Origin: Carcharhinus longimanus
Taxonomy: Eukaryota
Length of the DNA stretch: 64,000 nt
NCBI GenBank assembly: GCA_030264375.1
Contig: JASCQW010000032.1
Coordinates: 71,049,587 to 71,113,586 of the forward strand
Reading direction: 5' to 3'
In this document: one piece after another, positions 12,415 to 24,951 of the stretch
Layout of the letters: every line of letters begins with the position of its first letter
How positions within the stretch are numbered: position 1 is the first letter of the stretch
Position numbers and translations under genes: made by a program
The notes under the pieces: model-generated
The model's input: only the letters and a program-made list of their open reading frames with translations
The model's database searches: none
What the model was told of the DNA's origin: nothing

Positions 12415-12525
12415 GAAAGCAAGGCTTTCATTTATAAAGCAATTTCCACAATGTCTGGACATCCTAAAGTACTTTGCAGCCAATTAAGTATTTTTGAAGT
12501 GTAGGCATGGTTGTAATGTAGAGAA
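12415..12525 (-). mobile_element. Deu-domain SINE (SacSINE1/AmnSINE1-like) 3' fragment
   Basis: catttataaagc...ggacatcctaaagtactttgcagccaattaagtatttttgaagtgtag matches the recalled AmnSINE1/SacSINE1 tail in reverse. Confidence 0.6.
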
Positions 12526-15479
12526 TAAAGTATGCATATATAAAGTATATGGAACTTCTGACCAATTCACCAAGAGTAGCAAATAATATGTTTTTTTTAA
12601 CAAGTAACCATATGACTCAAAGTGTAGCCTGTAATTCATGCTGCAAGAAAAGAGACAGGGATTGCACTATATGTTATATGTAAGGTTAACAATACCAGGA
12701 ATCATTATTTTAATTAGACATGTGAAAGGGATTCAATATAGAAGATTAATTTAAAAATGTTAGTGCTTTCCGTAGGAGTTGCATTTCCTTTAGCAATCAT
12801 CTTCTATCCTAATTAAACATATTTATCTTTCTACGACACTCAGTTATTTCTTTATTACATTTTAACTTAACTGTTAACAGTTAAAAATCTTTCAAGCAAT
12901 AATGAATGGAATTGTGAATCATCTTTACTGAAGCGGTGAATTTAAAAAAAAATGTTGACATATCTTTGAGTGTAAATCTATATGTGATTGTGAATTTTAA
13001 ATTCTCAACACTTAGCATATAATCCACAGGTTTAAATTAGTAACATCAAATGTCGTGTCGATGTGTTACCCTCTTACCAGTGCCAACTCTACATAGCAGC
13101 CCTCTACACCATACTCGTAAATACAAAACTGATTCTCCATGTAGTTGTATAGCAAATATTACTGCGGTGTAGTCCCCCGGACTAGGAAGAGTAAATNNNN
13201 NNNNNNTAGCCCAGGCTCTTGCTCCTGAATGCTGTGTCATAACTACTGCTGGTGATGTGTACAGGTGTGGATGTTGGTTAGGCAAAGGGATAAAGGACTT
13301 ATGGAACCAAGGCGGGTGGATAGAATTAAGATATGGTCCAACTGAACAGTGCAGCAGACTCAGGGAGCTTAATATTCTATTCTTGTTTTTACATTCTTTG
13401 GATTTACAGGTTAAATGTTAGGCTGATCTTATCCTAAATACATTAATGCTTGCTATCTGAGCTTGGGGGCTCACCTGCCAAGAATGCCTTTCCAGCTATG
13501 CATTGTGCACCATTTCCCACCCTTCTGCTCGAAGATCAAAATAACAGAATGTTCGCTTTGGATGTTAATATTTCCTAGATATTAATACAGTTAATAATAT
13601 GTTATACATCCAAACACTATTGTCCAGTGATGCCTATGAAGAAAGGCATGAAACCTGGATGACAGAAGCCTTTCAGCAAATGACATCAGTTATTTCAAAA
13701 ATGGACAAGATATCTGACTGTCCCTGAGTAAGGCTTGGGCCTGAAATTTTAGCTCATTGGGTGCGCGCAGAAGTAGACATGAAACACTCTTCCAACTGCG
13801 ATCAGCCCCAGAAGGCAACTTGGCACAGGCTGGCCAATTAACAAGCAGCCAGTGTGAAATGCACTCTGGGAAAGCTCAATGCTGTCAGAGAGGCTGGGGA
13901 GAATGCGGGTGCAGAGAAAAGAGAGCCTGTGGGTTTGTGCTTCCATTGTGCTCCGTCAGGGCACAGCCACAGTGGAACTGTCTTCGTGGGCTGTAGACCT
14001 GCAAAAAAATAATTTCAAATAGAGCAACACTGCAAAGGGCATCTAGGCAGTACATTCAAGCACAAGCCAGAGTCCCCAGACACCTTTTTAAATTTGCTTG
14101 ACCCCAGACATTCCATCCCATTCTGGACTGAGGCTGTAGCAATATGTAAAGGCTGCCTGGCCAATCACCCACCTGAAGACCCTTCAACAGGCCATGTACA
14201 ATTGCATTCAGTTGATCCCTTAGCTGCTTGATCATCAGTGGGTGCACTTCTCACTTTTGCGTATGTCTGCCGACTGAAATGTTGTGCGAGTGTGCGAGAA
14301 TGTCAGGATTCTCACATAATTTCACGTGCGTCTGGGTTCATGGTGCGCCCAGCCAGCAACATGAAATCCTGGTCTTGGAAAGGTAGATGTAATCTGCTTG
14401 TATTTCTGCTGGTAACTACATGAGGAGCAGTGGTGGGCTGCCTTGATATGGGCCCATCCAGCCTGAGGTGCATTCCCCCATACCTCTTTCTTGAGGGTGC
14501 ATCGGCAATCATCTACTGCCAGGCCCTGCTTTTTTCAAGAAGTTTTGAAACATTTCACAGGACACCTACTTCCTGTTTTAAGGTGGTCAGCGATGCAACT
14601 GCCATTTGACAGTTTGTTTTACACTTAATGACTTGTTGCTTCAAGTGGATGTGGTCATATTCCCCTGGAGATCTCATCCATAAGCTGCAATTACATGCAC
14701 AAGCTCATGGACATTCTTCAAATAGTGATGCAAAATCAAAAGTTGCACAGTTTAGGACCCNNNNNNNNNNCTGGTTTAGAATTTTCAAAAATTTTGCAAT
14801 CCTTATTGCCTACTGTGGTGACAGAGCTAAGTCATTAGAATCATAATTCCTCTGGACACAAATTGAAAATTGCTCTCCTGAAAGTTGCCATTCCTGCTCA
14901 CGTACAGTTCTAAAAGATTGCCAGTCAGTCTTCATTCATGAACTTTTGTGTCACCAAGCTGTTTACCATGGGGGTCATCATTTGATGATTATTAGTGTAC
15001 AGAGAAAAAAATCAGATCTTTGAGCAATTGACTGATGGAGCAGTACAGAAGCTCAGGCCTCATTAACGTTGATGCTCGAGGAAAGTGTGTTCATAACATG
15101 GCCAGACAGATCAAGTCTCAACTTATAAATCCTACCCTTCTACGCCAATTGGCCTCATTAACATTGTCTAAATTAACACTTCTAAATGGGTGTCCACTGC
15201 AACGTTCTAGGAGGCCAGTTAACAACTGACTCTAACACTGATCCATCAGCAGGAAAGGGTATTTGATGGGGGGCATGCACAAGCTGGCAGTGGCCATTCT
15301 TAAACTCGCAGTTAGATGATAAAAGATATGGGGCCATACTTTGAAATCATTTCTGGGCAAAATGGGCACTGTGGATTTGAACCTCAAAATTTCAATTGGA
15401 GACCAACGTACATTTAAAGAGTCTACCAGTACAGATGGGCAAGTTCTCTAGCCACCTAACAGAAATCCCCACCAATATG

Positions 15480-15775
15480 GCAGCAGCCAGAGTGCATCTC
15501 CACATCTCTTTGTGCACCATGCCCAAATAAGGCTTTGGCAACCACGGTCATGTTACGTGTGGCAAAGTACTCCAATGGTGCCTTCTGCAAATGACTGACC
15601 AGGAATCTCTCCAGCTCTTGCCACCTGCCATTGCCGTAGGCGGGTAAGATTTATAAGTTGACACTGAACCTCTTTGGCCACATTGTGAACACACTTTCCT
15701 TGACCATCAAGCATGGAGTGGGACTTGAACCCAGAGCTTCTGACTCAAAGACAAGAATGCAGCACTGAGCAACAA
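15480..15775 (-). mobile_element. Old tRNA-headed SINE, family 'C'
   Basis: B-box gggttcaagtcccac on the minus strand; homologous to 10115-10420. Confidence 0.55.
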
Positions 15776-16239
15776 AATTGAGACCATGGTTTCCTAAAGA
15801 GGAGTATTGGAAGCTACAATACAGGCTGATCTTTTGCCTTCTTAGCTAGGATCATTACAGACAATTAAAATGCTCCAGCTGATTGAATCTGGAACTTTCC
15901 TGATCATTTAGATGTTTTCTTTCAATTTCTATTACTGTGAAAGTTTTTGTGTTGACATTGAGAGGTTGTTCATTACAAAATAGGATCAAAATTACCTAAA
16001 GCCTCACAGTAGTAAATAGTGTTTGTATGTATTATATATGTGCATATGTATAATATATATAATGTAATATGTCAATGCTGACTTGATGGGCCAAAGGGTC
16101 TCTTCTACACTGCATGATTCTGTGATTATATATATAATTAAGTAATGGCAAATCAATAATGGTCACAAACCGAAGTGACAGTGTTGGCACTACCTTGCAT
16201 GGAAAAACACAAAAAAAATTCTGCGGATACAGGAAATCT

Positions 16240-16770
16240 GCAGTAAAAACAAGAAATGCTGGAAATAATCAGCAGATCGACAGCATCTGCGGAGAGAGAA
16301 AATGTTTCAGGTCAAAGACCGAACAGCGAAAAGTTAAAAAACGCAGTCGGTTTTAAGCAATTGAGAAGGGGGAGGAGGGGAAAAGAACAAAAGGGGAGGT
16401 CTGCAACAGGGCAGAAGACAGGAGAGATTAAATGACAAAAGAGTTGGTGGTGCAAGGCCAAAGTGAATGACAATGAGGCAAGTGAAGGGACAAAAGATGT
16501 GTCTAGAGGAGGTGTGAATGTCAGAACGGTGAACAGCTGCCATCTGAAAGCAAATACTAGAGAAAAATGAGAGTAAAACTGAAACCTGCAAATGAAAAAA
16601 AGGAAACAAAATGGGGGCGAAATTACAGTCTGAAATTGTTGAACTCAGCTTTGAGTCCAGAAGGCAGGCAACTGCCTCACTGAAAGATTAGGTACTGTTC
16701 CTCAAACTTATTTTGAGATTCACTGGAACACTGCAGGAGGCCAAGGGCAAAAAGGTCAGTGTGAGAACCA
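16240..16770 (-). mobile_element. Penelope-like element 3' fragment (GIY-YIG endonuclease C-terminus plus terminal repeat)
   Basis: 16766-16623 translates SHTDLFALGLLQCSSESQNKFEEQYLIFQ*GSCLPSGLKAEFNNFRL*, matching the Penelope GIY-YIG tail pattern (R..E..LI..L.T..P.GLN). It is followed by a pyrimidine-rich UTR and the terminal motif gaaacattttctctctccgcagatgctg...ctgctga...ttccagcattt. Confidence 0.85.
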
Positions 16771-17242
16771 GGTGGAGCACTCTGTATTCACTCTGGTTTA
16801 GATCCCATGTGCTGTATCAGAAAGAGTAGACCAGCCAAACGTACTTGCTAGCTCCTACAAATTAATCAACCTCTGGGCAAGTAATCCAATCACGGAAATT
16901 GAAGCCACACAGCTATGACAATCATCACGATTTATGCACAGTATATTAAAAATTTTGAGTCTCCTTGTTTGTGTTACACCTATTTCTGGTGTCAGGATTT
17001 TCAATGTCACGTCCCTTGTTATGTCTCGGTATAACAGTTTAAGCTGCACAGTTTGTATGGTCACCATTACAATTAACTATTAGCTTTCGCCCAACACCTG
17101 CCCCACAGGCTGATTTGTTTTAACTTCTCTCTCCAATGCCCAGCCCAAAACTCTAGCCAGTTCTTTCAGTCAACCCAGTACTGTAAAGCAAAGCTCTCCT
17201 GCCATCCACACTGGAGACCCCCCATACACCCCACCCACGCTT

Positions 17243-17275
17243 CCCCCCCCCCCCCCCCCCCCCCCCCACCCCCCA
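17243..17275. repeat. poly-C tract (G-run on the ZEB2 sense strand)
   Basis: About 25 consecutive C. Confidence 0.95.
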
Positions 17276-17499
17276 CAACTCCCCACCCGTCACAGCTCTC
17301 AAGTCCAGCTTTTACTGGTCTAAAGTTCTTTGCCCAAATGGTGGCCTTCTGCCTCCCTTCATTCTGCTGCCGTGAAGTGGAAGAAGCGCAAAGAGAGAAA
17401 GAAAGTGAGCAGAACTAATGAGAGCAAGTGAGGTGGGGGGGGGGGGCAGCAGAAGTAGAGAGAAAAAGAGTGAGAGAAACAACAACAGCAGGTCACAGA

Positions 17500-17680
17500 T
17501 GAGACAGTGGTGAGAGTGTGGAATTCACTGTCGCATGAAATGATTGAAGCAGACAGCACTGACACATTAAAGAGGAGGCTCGATACATACGTGAGGCTGA
17601 GGTTTGGGGTTAAGGCAGGAGGAGGCTCATATGGAATATAAACAACAGCACTGATCTACACGACCGAATGTAGACTCCAC
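17500..17680 (+). mobile_element. Decayed CR1 3' end
   Basis: gtggtgagagtgtggaattcactg...attgaagcagacagc...aagaggaggctcgatacatac (VVRVWNSL...KRRLDTY). Confidence 0.7.
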
Positions 17681-17874
17681 CTAATTCAATATCAGAAAAA
17701 AGCCTCTTCTGACGAACCATGATCTATTAGTTTTAACATTAAAAATATCAGTCCCATCAACAGTAATTGATTTTATTGTAGCTAAATTATATTTTTCAAT
17801 GGAAAATATGACTCCAGCCTGGTTGATGAGGCACGTGTCCAACTGGTATTTCATTCTACCCTCGACAGAATACA

Positions 17875-18410
17875 TGGGGATAGATTTTATACGAAGAAGT
17901 TGGGGACAAGCGGCCTAGCAGAAACATGGCTCTGCAGACTGGCCGTTGACTGATTAAAGACAGAATTTCTGTCCCACACAGACAGGAAGTCCAACCTCAG
18001 AGAGCATCTGGCCAATCAGAGGCCAGCAGCTGTCCAGTACTAGCAGCACCAAAAATGGTAGCCACTGCCAGTACTGCATGAGGAAGTATTCAGCTCTGCA
18101 TCTTTGTAAGCGTTTAGGGTCTTGCTAAGCCCTGCTGAGGATGGTTGGGGTGGCCGGGGTTGGAGGCGTCATGGTGGGGACGTTGGGATAGGAACCTGCG
18201 GGATGTAACATTTCAGGGAGTCCTTCCATAGGCTATGGGGCTTTTGGAGGGAGCACTGCCTGGTAGCTAGCACCAGCCCCACTGTCGGCAAACCTGCAGT
18301 GATGGCAACTGGACATGCAGGTGGACAGTGACCAAGTCATCCACTGGATTTTACATGCCCCACAGCCATCAAACCCACTGGCAAATGAGCATAATAGCCT
18401 TCCCATTATA
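17875..18410. mobile_element. GC-rich dispersed repeat, probably a non-autonomous DNA transposon
   Basis: Shares the block gagagc..ctggccaatcagaggccagcagct...cagcagcacc...ggccactgc with 33897-34598 and, inverted, with 43720-44070 and 56370-57010. Confidence 0.5.
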
Positions 18411-18574
18411 TCCAATTGTATTTTGGACTAAGGACTCCCCTGCAAAGCTTGTAAACAGGCTAAGCAACTTGGTATCCATATAGAATCATCATAAAATCCC
18501 AACAGTACATAAAGAGGCCATTCAGTCCATCGATATGCAATCTTGGACAGTGTCTTCTACTTAAAGGTCTCAGA

Positions 18575-18985
18575 TCGTATACAAAGAAAATTACAGCACA
18601 GGAACAGACTCTTCAGCCCTCCAAGCCTGCACCGACTATACTGCCTGGCTGAACTAAAACCCCCTACCCTTCCAGGGACCATATCGCTCCATTCTCATCC
18701 TGTTCATGCAGTTGTCAAGACACCCCCTTAAAAGTCAGCGAGTTCCAAGCAGCCACCACCCTCTGGGGAAAAAACTTGCCTCATACATCTCCTTTGAACC
18801 TTGCCCCTCGCCCTTAAACCTGTGCCACCTAGTAACTGACTCTTCCATCCTGGGAAAAAGCTTCTGACTATCCACTCTGTCCATGCCTTTCATCGTCTTG
18901 TGTTCTTCTATCAGGTCGCTCCTCAACCTCCGTCGTTCCAGTGAGAACAAACCAAGTTTCTCCAACTTCTCCTCATTGCTAATCT
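18575..18985 (-). mobile_element. CR1 LINE 3' fragment
   Basis: Peptide EKLGLFSLERRRLRSDLIEEHKTMKGMDRVDSQKLFPRMEESVTRWHRFK plus 3'UTR. Confidence 0.92.
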
Positions 18986-19039
18986 TTTAGAAAATTTAGT
19001 TTTGTTTTTAAAAAATGATTTGACCACTTAATGTTGATG

Positions 19040-19412
19040 ATGGAGAAGACATTGTATTGTCATTGGATTACTCATTCAAAGACCAACGGTAATGCCCTGG
19101 GGACCCTGGTTCAAATTCCACCACAGCAGACGGTAATTAAAAGTCTAATGATGATCATGAAACCATTGTCAATCGTCATAAAAACCCACCTGATTCATTA
19201 ATGTCCTTTAGGGCAGGAAATCTGCCACCCTTACCTAGTCTGGCCTACACGTGACTCCAGATCCACAGCAATGTGGTTGACACTTTAAAAGAAATGGCCT
19301 CCAAAATGGCCAAACAAACCACTCTGGGGATGTCAGAATGGTAAACAGCTGGGGATGGGCAATAAATGCTGGTCTTACCAGTGACGTCCACATACCATGA
19401 AATAATTTTAAA
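19040..19412 (+). mobile_element. Family-B tRNA SINE, near full length
   Basis: Head ggttcaaattccacc, core ggaaatctgcc...ctggcctacacgtgactccagatccacagcaatgtggttgac, tail gggcaataaatgctgg...cacataccatgaa. Confidence 0.85.
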
Positions 19413-19738
19413 AATCAGCTGGAGGCTCTGGAGGAATTGTGGAATCAGGGTGTTTAAAGAAACACTATTAACAGGTAATTGTTAACATTGGGTGCTTCAA
19501 TATCCATATCAGCTGTGTTCATTCTCACTGATTCTGTTCTTACACTATAGGCTCAGCAATTCCTCCAGGCTGACTCCCCTTGCTGACGTCTTCTGTAATC
19601 TCCATTCCAACAAACAAAATCAAAAATTAACTGAAATAAAGACAAAATGTCACTCAACTTCATGATTATTCTTTCCTTCTGTTTAACCTGTAAAAGGTAA
19701 GGCAGCTTCCTTGACTCTTAGGAGCCTGCTTTTGTTTT

Positions 19739-20128
19739 CATAGAGTCATAGAATCCCTACAGTGCAGAAGGAGGCCATTTGGAACCTACACTGACAATAA
19801 TCTCACCTAGGCCCGATCTTCATGACCCCATGCACTTTCCCTACTAATTCCCCTGGCACTAAGGGGCAATTTATCATGGCCAATCAACCTAACTTGCACA
19901 TCTTTGGAGTGTAGGAGGGAACCGGAGTAACCGGAGGAAACCCATGTAGACATGGGGAGAATGTGTAAACGCGAAATGGCGGTGCGGGCTCGTTGGGCTG
20001 AAGGGTCTGTTTCCCGTACTGTGTTGTTCTTTGTTCTTTGTTACACACAGACAGTGATTCAAGACCAGAATTGAACCAGATCCCTGGCACTGTGAGACAG
20101 CAATGCTAACCACTGTGCCACCATGCTG
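19739..20128 (-). mobile_element. HE1-type V-SINE interrupted by a 72-bp LINE tail (19971-20042)
   Basis: The consensus 'gtgcaaactccacacagacag' is split by an opposite-strand CR1-type tail. Confidence 0.9.
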
Positions 20129-20189
20129 AGTCTTACATAAGAACCGGCAAGAACCCTGGTCAACTGTTAAACAACTTAGTTGGCCAATG

Positions 20190-20406
20190 TGCATCATTCA
20201 ACCAATGTCACTAAAGCAGGTTATCTGGTCGTTATCACATTGCTGTTTGCAACAGCTTGCTCTGCACACATTGACTGCCACATTTCCAATCACAACAATT
20301 TCCATTTACAATCAAAACTCTTCAAATGTGCTTCATTGTCTGTGTATTGAGCTTTAGCATATTCTGAGGGTGTGAAACCTGGCACTATATAAGTACAAAA
20401 CTTTCA
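20190..20406 (+). mobile_element. Deu-domain SINE (SacSINE1/AmnSINE1-like) fragment
   Basis: caaccaatgtcactaaagcaggttatctggtcgttatcacattgctgtttg...cttcaaatgtgcttcattg...ctgagggtgtgaaa...cactatataagtacaa matches the recalled Deu domain plus L2-type tail. Confidence 0.75.
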
Positions 20407-20609
20407 ATTTCAGCTGGTATAGACAATGCCCTGTAAACCACCTCTAACTTAACCAGCAAGACTAGACTTGCTAATAAACTCGTGAACTGAAACTGAGGAG
20501 TGGCGTTTTAGGAAATCAACCGTTGCTTTCTGTGTCGGATATCTGTCGATTCTCTCTGTTGCTCTCTGATGTGGGACATCATGAATGCAATACAAGTTGA
20601 AAGGCTGAC

Positions 20610-21170
20610 ATGAGTAACTCACCTCCTGTCTCCCCAAAAGCTGTCCGCCATATACATGGCACAAGTCAGGAGTGTGATGGAATACTCCCTACTTGCCTGG
20701 ATGGGTGCAGCTCCAACAACACTCAAGAAGTTTGACGTCATCCAGGACAAAACAGCCCACTTGATTGGCACTACATCTATAAATATCCACTCCCTCTACC
20801 AGCAATGATCAGCAGCAGCAGTGTGTACTATGTACAAGATGCACTAAAGGAATTTGCCAAAGATCCTTAGACATCAAACCCATGACCACTTCCAACTAGA
20901 AGGATAAGGGCAGCAGATACATGGGAACACCACCACCTGTAAGTTCCCCTCCAAGCCACTCACCATCCTGACTTGGAAGTACATTACCGTTCCTTTGCAA
21001 TCGCTGGGTCAAATCCTTGAATTCCATCATGATTGTGGGTCAACCCACAGAACATGGACTGCACTATTTCATTATGCAACTCACCACCACCTTCCCAAGA
21101 GCAACAAAGGAGGGGCAATAAATGCTGGCCAACCAGCAATGCCCATGTCCCACAAATGAATAAAAAAAAG
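20610..21170 (+). mobile_element. Non-LTR retrotransposon (CR1/Jockey-group) 3' end, putative partner of family-B SINE
   Basis: From 20620 reads HLLSPQKLSAIYMAQVRSVMEYSLLAWMGAAPTTLKKFDVIQDKTAHLIG (post-RT Y...VR..MEY...W...Q motif). Ends gggcaataaatgctggccaaccagcaatgcccatgtcccacaaatgaataaaaaaaa. Confidence 0.85.
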
Positions 21171-22429
21171 AGCAAATTTGCATGTCTCCTTTCCATAGCA
21201 CAGTCCTTGTGGACATAAAGTTCTGTTGTGACACTGAGAGCACCCTTCACCATGTTGTTTAGCATAACTGTGGAAATTAAATTGTAATTCCAGATATGGC
21301 TCAATATTTAATTCACTTTTTCTGCAATATTAAGGATGCTCACTTCAAATAAAGCACCATAGGGTTGCTGGGATTTGTGAAACTATAGTTAAAAGCAATT
21401 AAAAACTGCAGGTGCTGGTGTGGAAGTAAGTTACAACAGCAAAGGCAGGCAACAGCAAATATGGCTACGAAGCCTTCAGTAAGGCCAATGCTTGTGTATT
21501 CAGGATAAATGATTAATCTAAACCTTGTGTCAGGTTCATAAACACAGCATTCCCAGCCATGGCCACAGGATGAAAATAAGGCCCTTTGATTAACAAGATT
21601 CCAAAGAGCAAGATATGGTGAACTATTGCTGCTATATTGCTTGCATGAATCAGGAGAACATTTTGTAGTGCATTGCACTGAATGTGTGTTCTCCTTACTA
21701 ACAAGTCATTATAGCTTGTAAGTTTGAGTAGTCACAGTACCTAGTGTTGTTTGTGCACAGGTATTCAACACAAATACCATACTACACAGGAGAGATTCAG
21801 AACAGATCCAGCAGCTCAAAGCCGGGCATCTCTGAGGCACTCTGGGCCATCAGCAGCAGCAGAATTACATTCAACCACAATTGCATAGCTCATTATGTCT
21901 CTTACTCTACCATAACCCCCAAGGCAGGGGACCAACCATCCTTCAATGACTATTATGTAAGAGCTTACATACACTCTCTGTAAAGCATAAATTCAGAATT
22001 CCTTTCCAGGGGTAAGAAACTTTCTCAGGTGTCATTTTACCCATCACAATACGTTACATCATTTGTGTGCCAACAAATGTTCCTTGTGTTTGGCTCAAAT
22101 TTCCATATACAGTGTAATTAAAGTTGAAATGAGAGTTGTTGAGGCATTGATGTGCAATTGAGTTCTGTTCTCCAAGACCACTCTTCCCTGCTGTCGTAAG
22201 CTAGAAGTGCACCAAAAATCAATTAAAAATAGATTTTGCTTGTTACACACAGCATGGAGAAAGTGAGTGAGAGACTGAAAGCTGAAAAATCTGATGAATT
22301 CACTAATAATCATTATCATATTAGAGAGTGTCGCAGCATATTTATCCAAACATCAATACTTATATTAATCTGACGTTTTAAGGAACTTTGAGTACAAATC
22401 CTGACATTCACACTTGCAGCCAATGGCTA

Positions 22430-22630
22430 TATAATTGAATTTGTTTGGTTCAGCAGATTAAAGCGCTGAGCAACTGACTCATAGCAGGAATCATCTAGAT
22501 TTAATTCCCAATTTATGCCGAATTAGATGAACTCAGCAGAGACCATGGTAAGGTCTACCGTTGATCTCAGCACATCTAGCTTAGGAAACTGGAAGCTGTT
22601 CGGAGTTCATGCTCCCAATTGCTTATCGAC
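22430..22630 (+). mobile_element. Highly decayed ancient SINE, family 'D'
   Basis: Weak similarity (gagttag..gatctcagc...ttggcctcag...tgctcc...gctatcc) to 57535-57730, 58240-58390 and inverted 59120-59735. Confidence 0.4.
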
Positions 22631-22951
22631 ATCCCCATTACCCACCGCACCTTAACGTTTCCAAAACAAAAGTGCTTTATCATCCTTCACCTGATGCTCC
22701 AGCTTCTCCTCATCAAGACCACCTTGGTAGCTATTTATTGAATAGTTTAATTGTCTGTGAGATCATTCGATTTCGCATTCATGGTCTCAGAGACTTTTGC
22801 CTATCTGAGGACTGTCAGCTCTGATGGTAAAGCACTAGATGTATCCACGAAAATTAGAAGTCCCTTGGCCTCTCACACTTACCTCACAATTCTGACTCCT
22901 GAGTTACTTACAGGAAGCATCAGTATCTTACAGAAAATTCTTCAAACTCAC

Positions 22952-23130
22952 CACAGAATTCACAGAATCCCAACTGTATGCAAGGAGGCCATTAGGCCCA
23001 TCGAGTCTGCACTGACCACAAGCCCACCCAGGCCCTATCCCCATCATGCTATGTATTTACCCTAGCTAGCCCCCCTGATACTAAGGAGCAATTTAGCCTG
23101 GACAATCCACCTAAGCCGCGCATCTTTGGA
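22952..23130 (-). mobile_element. HE1-type SINE 3' half
   Basis: cacagaatccc...ggaggccattaggcccatcgagtctgcactgaccacaa...gcatctttggac. Confidence 0.85.
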
Positions 23131-23354
23131 CATCAGAAGGATGGTAAAACCCAATAACCAGTAGGAAATAGCATCCAAATGTGTTACAGGTTGCACTGGT
23201 TAGGCTACAGATCAAGTTCTGGTAAAGATTTATTTGCTTAATTAACAGCATGAATCCTTCCATGAAGTAGTATAATTGAATGCTGCAATAAAGTGTAATT
23301 ATTTATGTTCTTTCATTGAAAAGTATCCCTTGATATGTGTACGAATGCTATTAT

Positions 23355-23699
23355 CAATGAACTAGTAATTCCGAGAGCCAGGGTAATGCTCTGGGGACCC
23401 GGGTTCAAATCCCATGGCAAATGGTGAAACGTGAACTAAAAGTCTAATGATTACTATGAAATCATTGTTGATTGTCATAACAACGCATTTGATTTACTAA
23501 TTTCCTTTTGGGAAAGACATCTGCCATCCTTACCTGATCTGGTCTACTTATGACTCCAGATCCACAGCAATATGGGTGACTCTTAAATGCCCTCTGAATT
23601 GGCCTAGCAAGCCACTCAGTTCAAGAGAAATTCAGGACGGGCAATAAATGCTGGCCCAGCCAGCGATGCCCACATCCCATGAATGAATAAAAAAAAAAT
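23355..23699 (+). mobile_element. Family-B tRNA SINE, near full length with A-tail
   Basis: Head gggttcaaatccc, conserved core, tail gggcaataaatgctggcccagccagcgatgcccacatcccatgaatgaataaaaaaaa. Confidence 0.87.
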
Positions 23700-24672
23700 C
23701 AACTATTCCAATCAGAACTGAACCCCGTTCAAAGAAATGTTGGCAGCCAGAGAATAAGATATAAAAATATAAAGAAACCTAACCTGAAGCTATGAGGTAT
23801 TGACATCAGTACATGGGAGGCGGGCATCAAAGACCGCAAACTGTCAGCAGGTACACAAGCTCAGATTGCGAAAGAAGAACGGAAATGTTGTCAGAGGAAA
23901 GAATGTCAGTCCACTTCAATTCTATCAGCTTGTCTTTCACATGTCAGCTTTGTGGTAAAGATATGCCCATCCAAAATTGATTGATAAAGCCATGTAAATG
24001 TTTGACAAAGGAATGGCAGATCTTCAAATGTGAATCTTTTTATCATTCATGCTGAGAAATGATCTTATTCAATTATCAAGATATTGTCAAAAGCAAGAAA
24101 GCGACTGGACATGTATGTGTGCAGAACTGGGCAGGATACCCGTGCTGCCACTCTCAAAGCTGACAATCGAAGAGCACCCGTTTAATTGAGTTACTGCAGG
24201 ATGTTTGGCACCTACAGAGTGACACCCAAGGCAGGAATTGTTATTAGGAAAGAGCATAGCGAATAGAAAATGGAGAGGGGGGGGAGAAATGTGCTTTTAA
24301 TTAGCTGTGGATCTAAGTCAATAAAACCTCCAGAAGATATCCGAGTTTATTATGAATAAAGAAAAGAAATATGCTGCAGTCTGATCCAGCTGGGATCAAC
24401 TGTTCTTTTCTAGTTATAGATACAGACTGAAATGCATTAAAGGTCAAAGCCAGTGTACTGTTATGGATTTTCTGGCACATATCGCATCATTCTGGAGTAA
24501 CAATGTAGACCAAAATGAAGGCACAGTACAGTCGAATTTGTAACACGAACAAAGAACAGTATATGACAATGTGACCCTTTTAAGGAGGCAATTCTTTACA
24601 AGTGATGGGATCAGGCCAGACCTTATGAAGAGGCTGCACAGAAAGCTGAGCCTATCAGAAGATGGGCAAAAA

Positions 24673-24951
24673 TAAAGTTTATTTATTAGTCACAAATAGG
24701 CTTATATCAACACTGCAATGAAGTTCCTGTGAAAAACACCTAGTCACCACATGGCACCCTGTTTGGGTCAATGCACCAAACCAGCACGTCTTTCGGACTG
24801 TGGGAGGAAACCGGAGTACCTGGAGAAAACCCATGCAGACACAGGGAGAACATGCAAACTCCACGCAGACAGTGACGCAAGCTAGAAATCGAACCTGGTT
24901 CCCTGGAGCTGTGAGGCAGCAGTGCTAATCACTATGCCATTGTGTCGCCCC
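24673..24951 (-). mobile_element. Short V-SINE variant with non-CR1 tail
   Basis: Same structure as 11283-11572. Confidence 0.88.

Noticed and set aside
12867-12884. Perfect 18-bp palindrome ttaactgttaacagttaa
   Set aside because: A 9-bp AT-rich arm is not unexpected by chance in 64 kb, and there is no supporting context.
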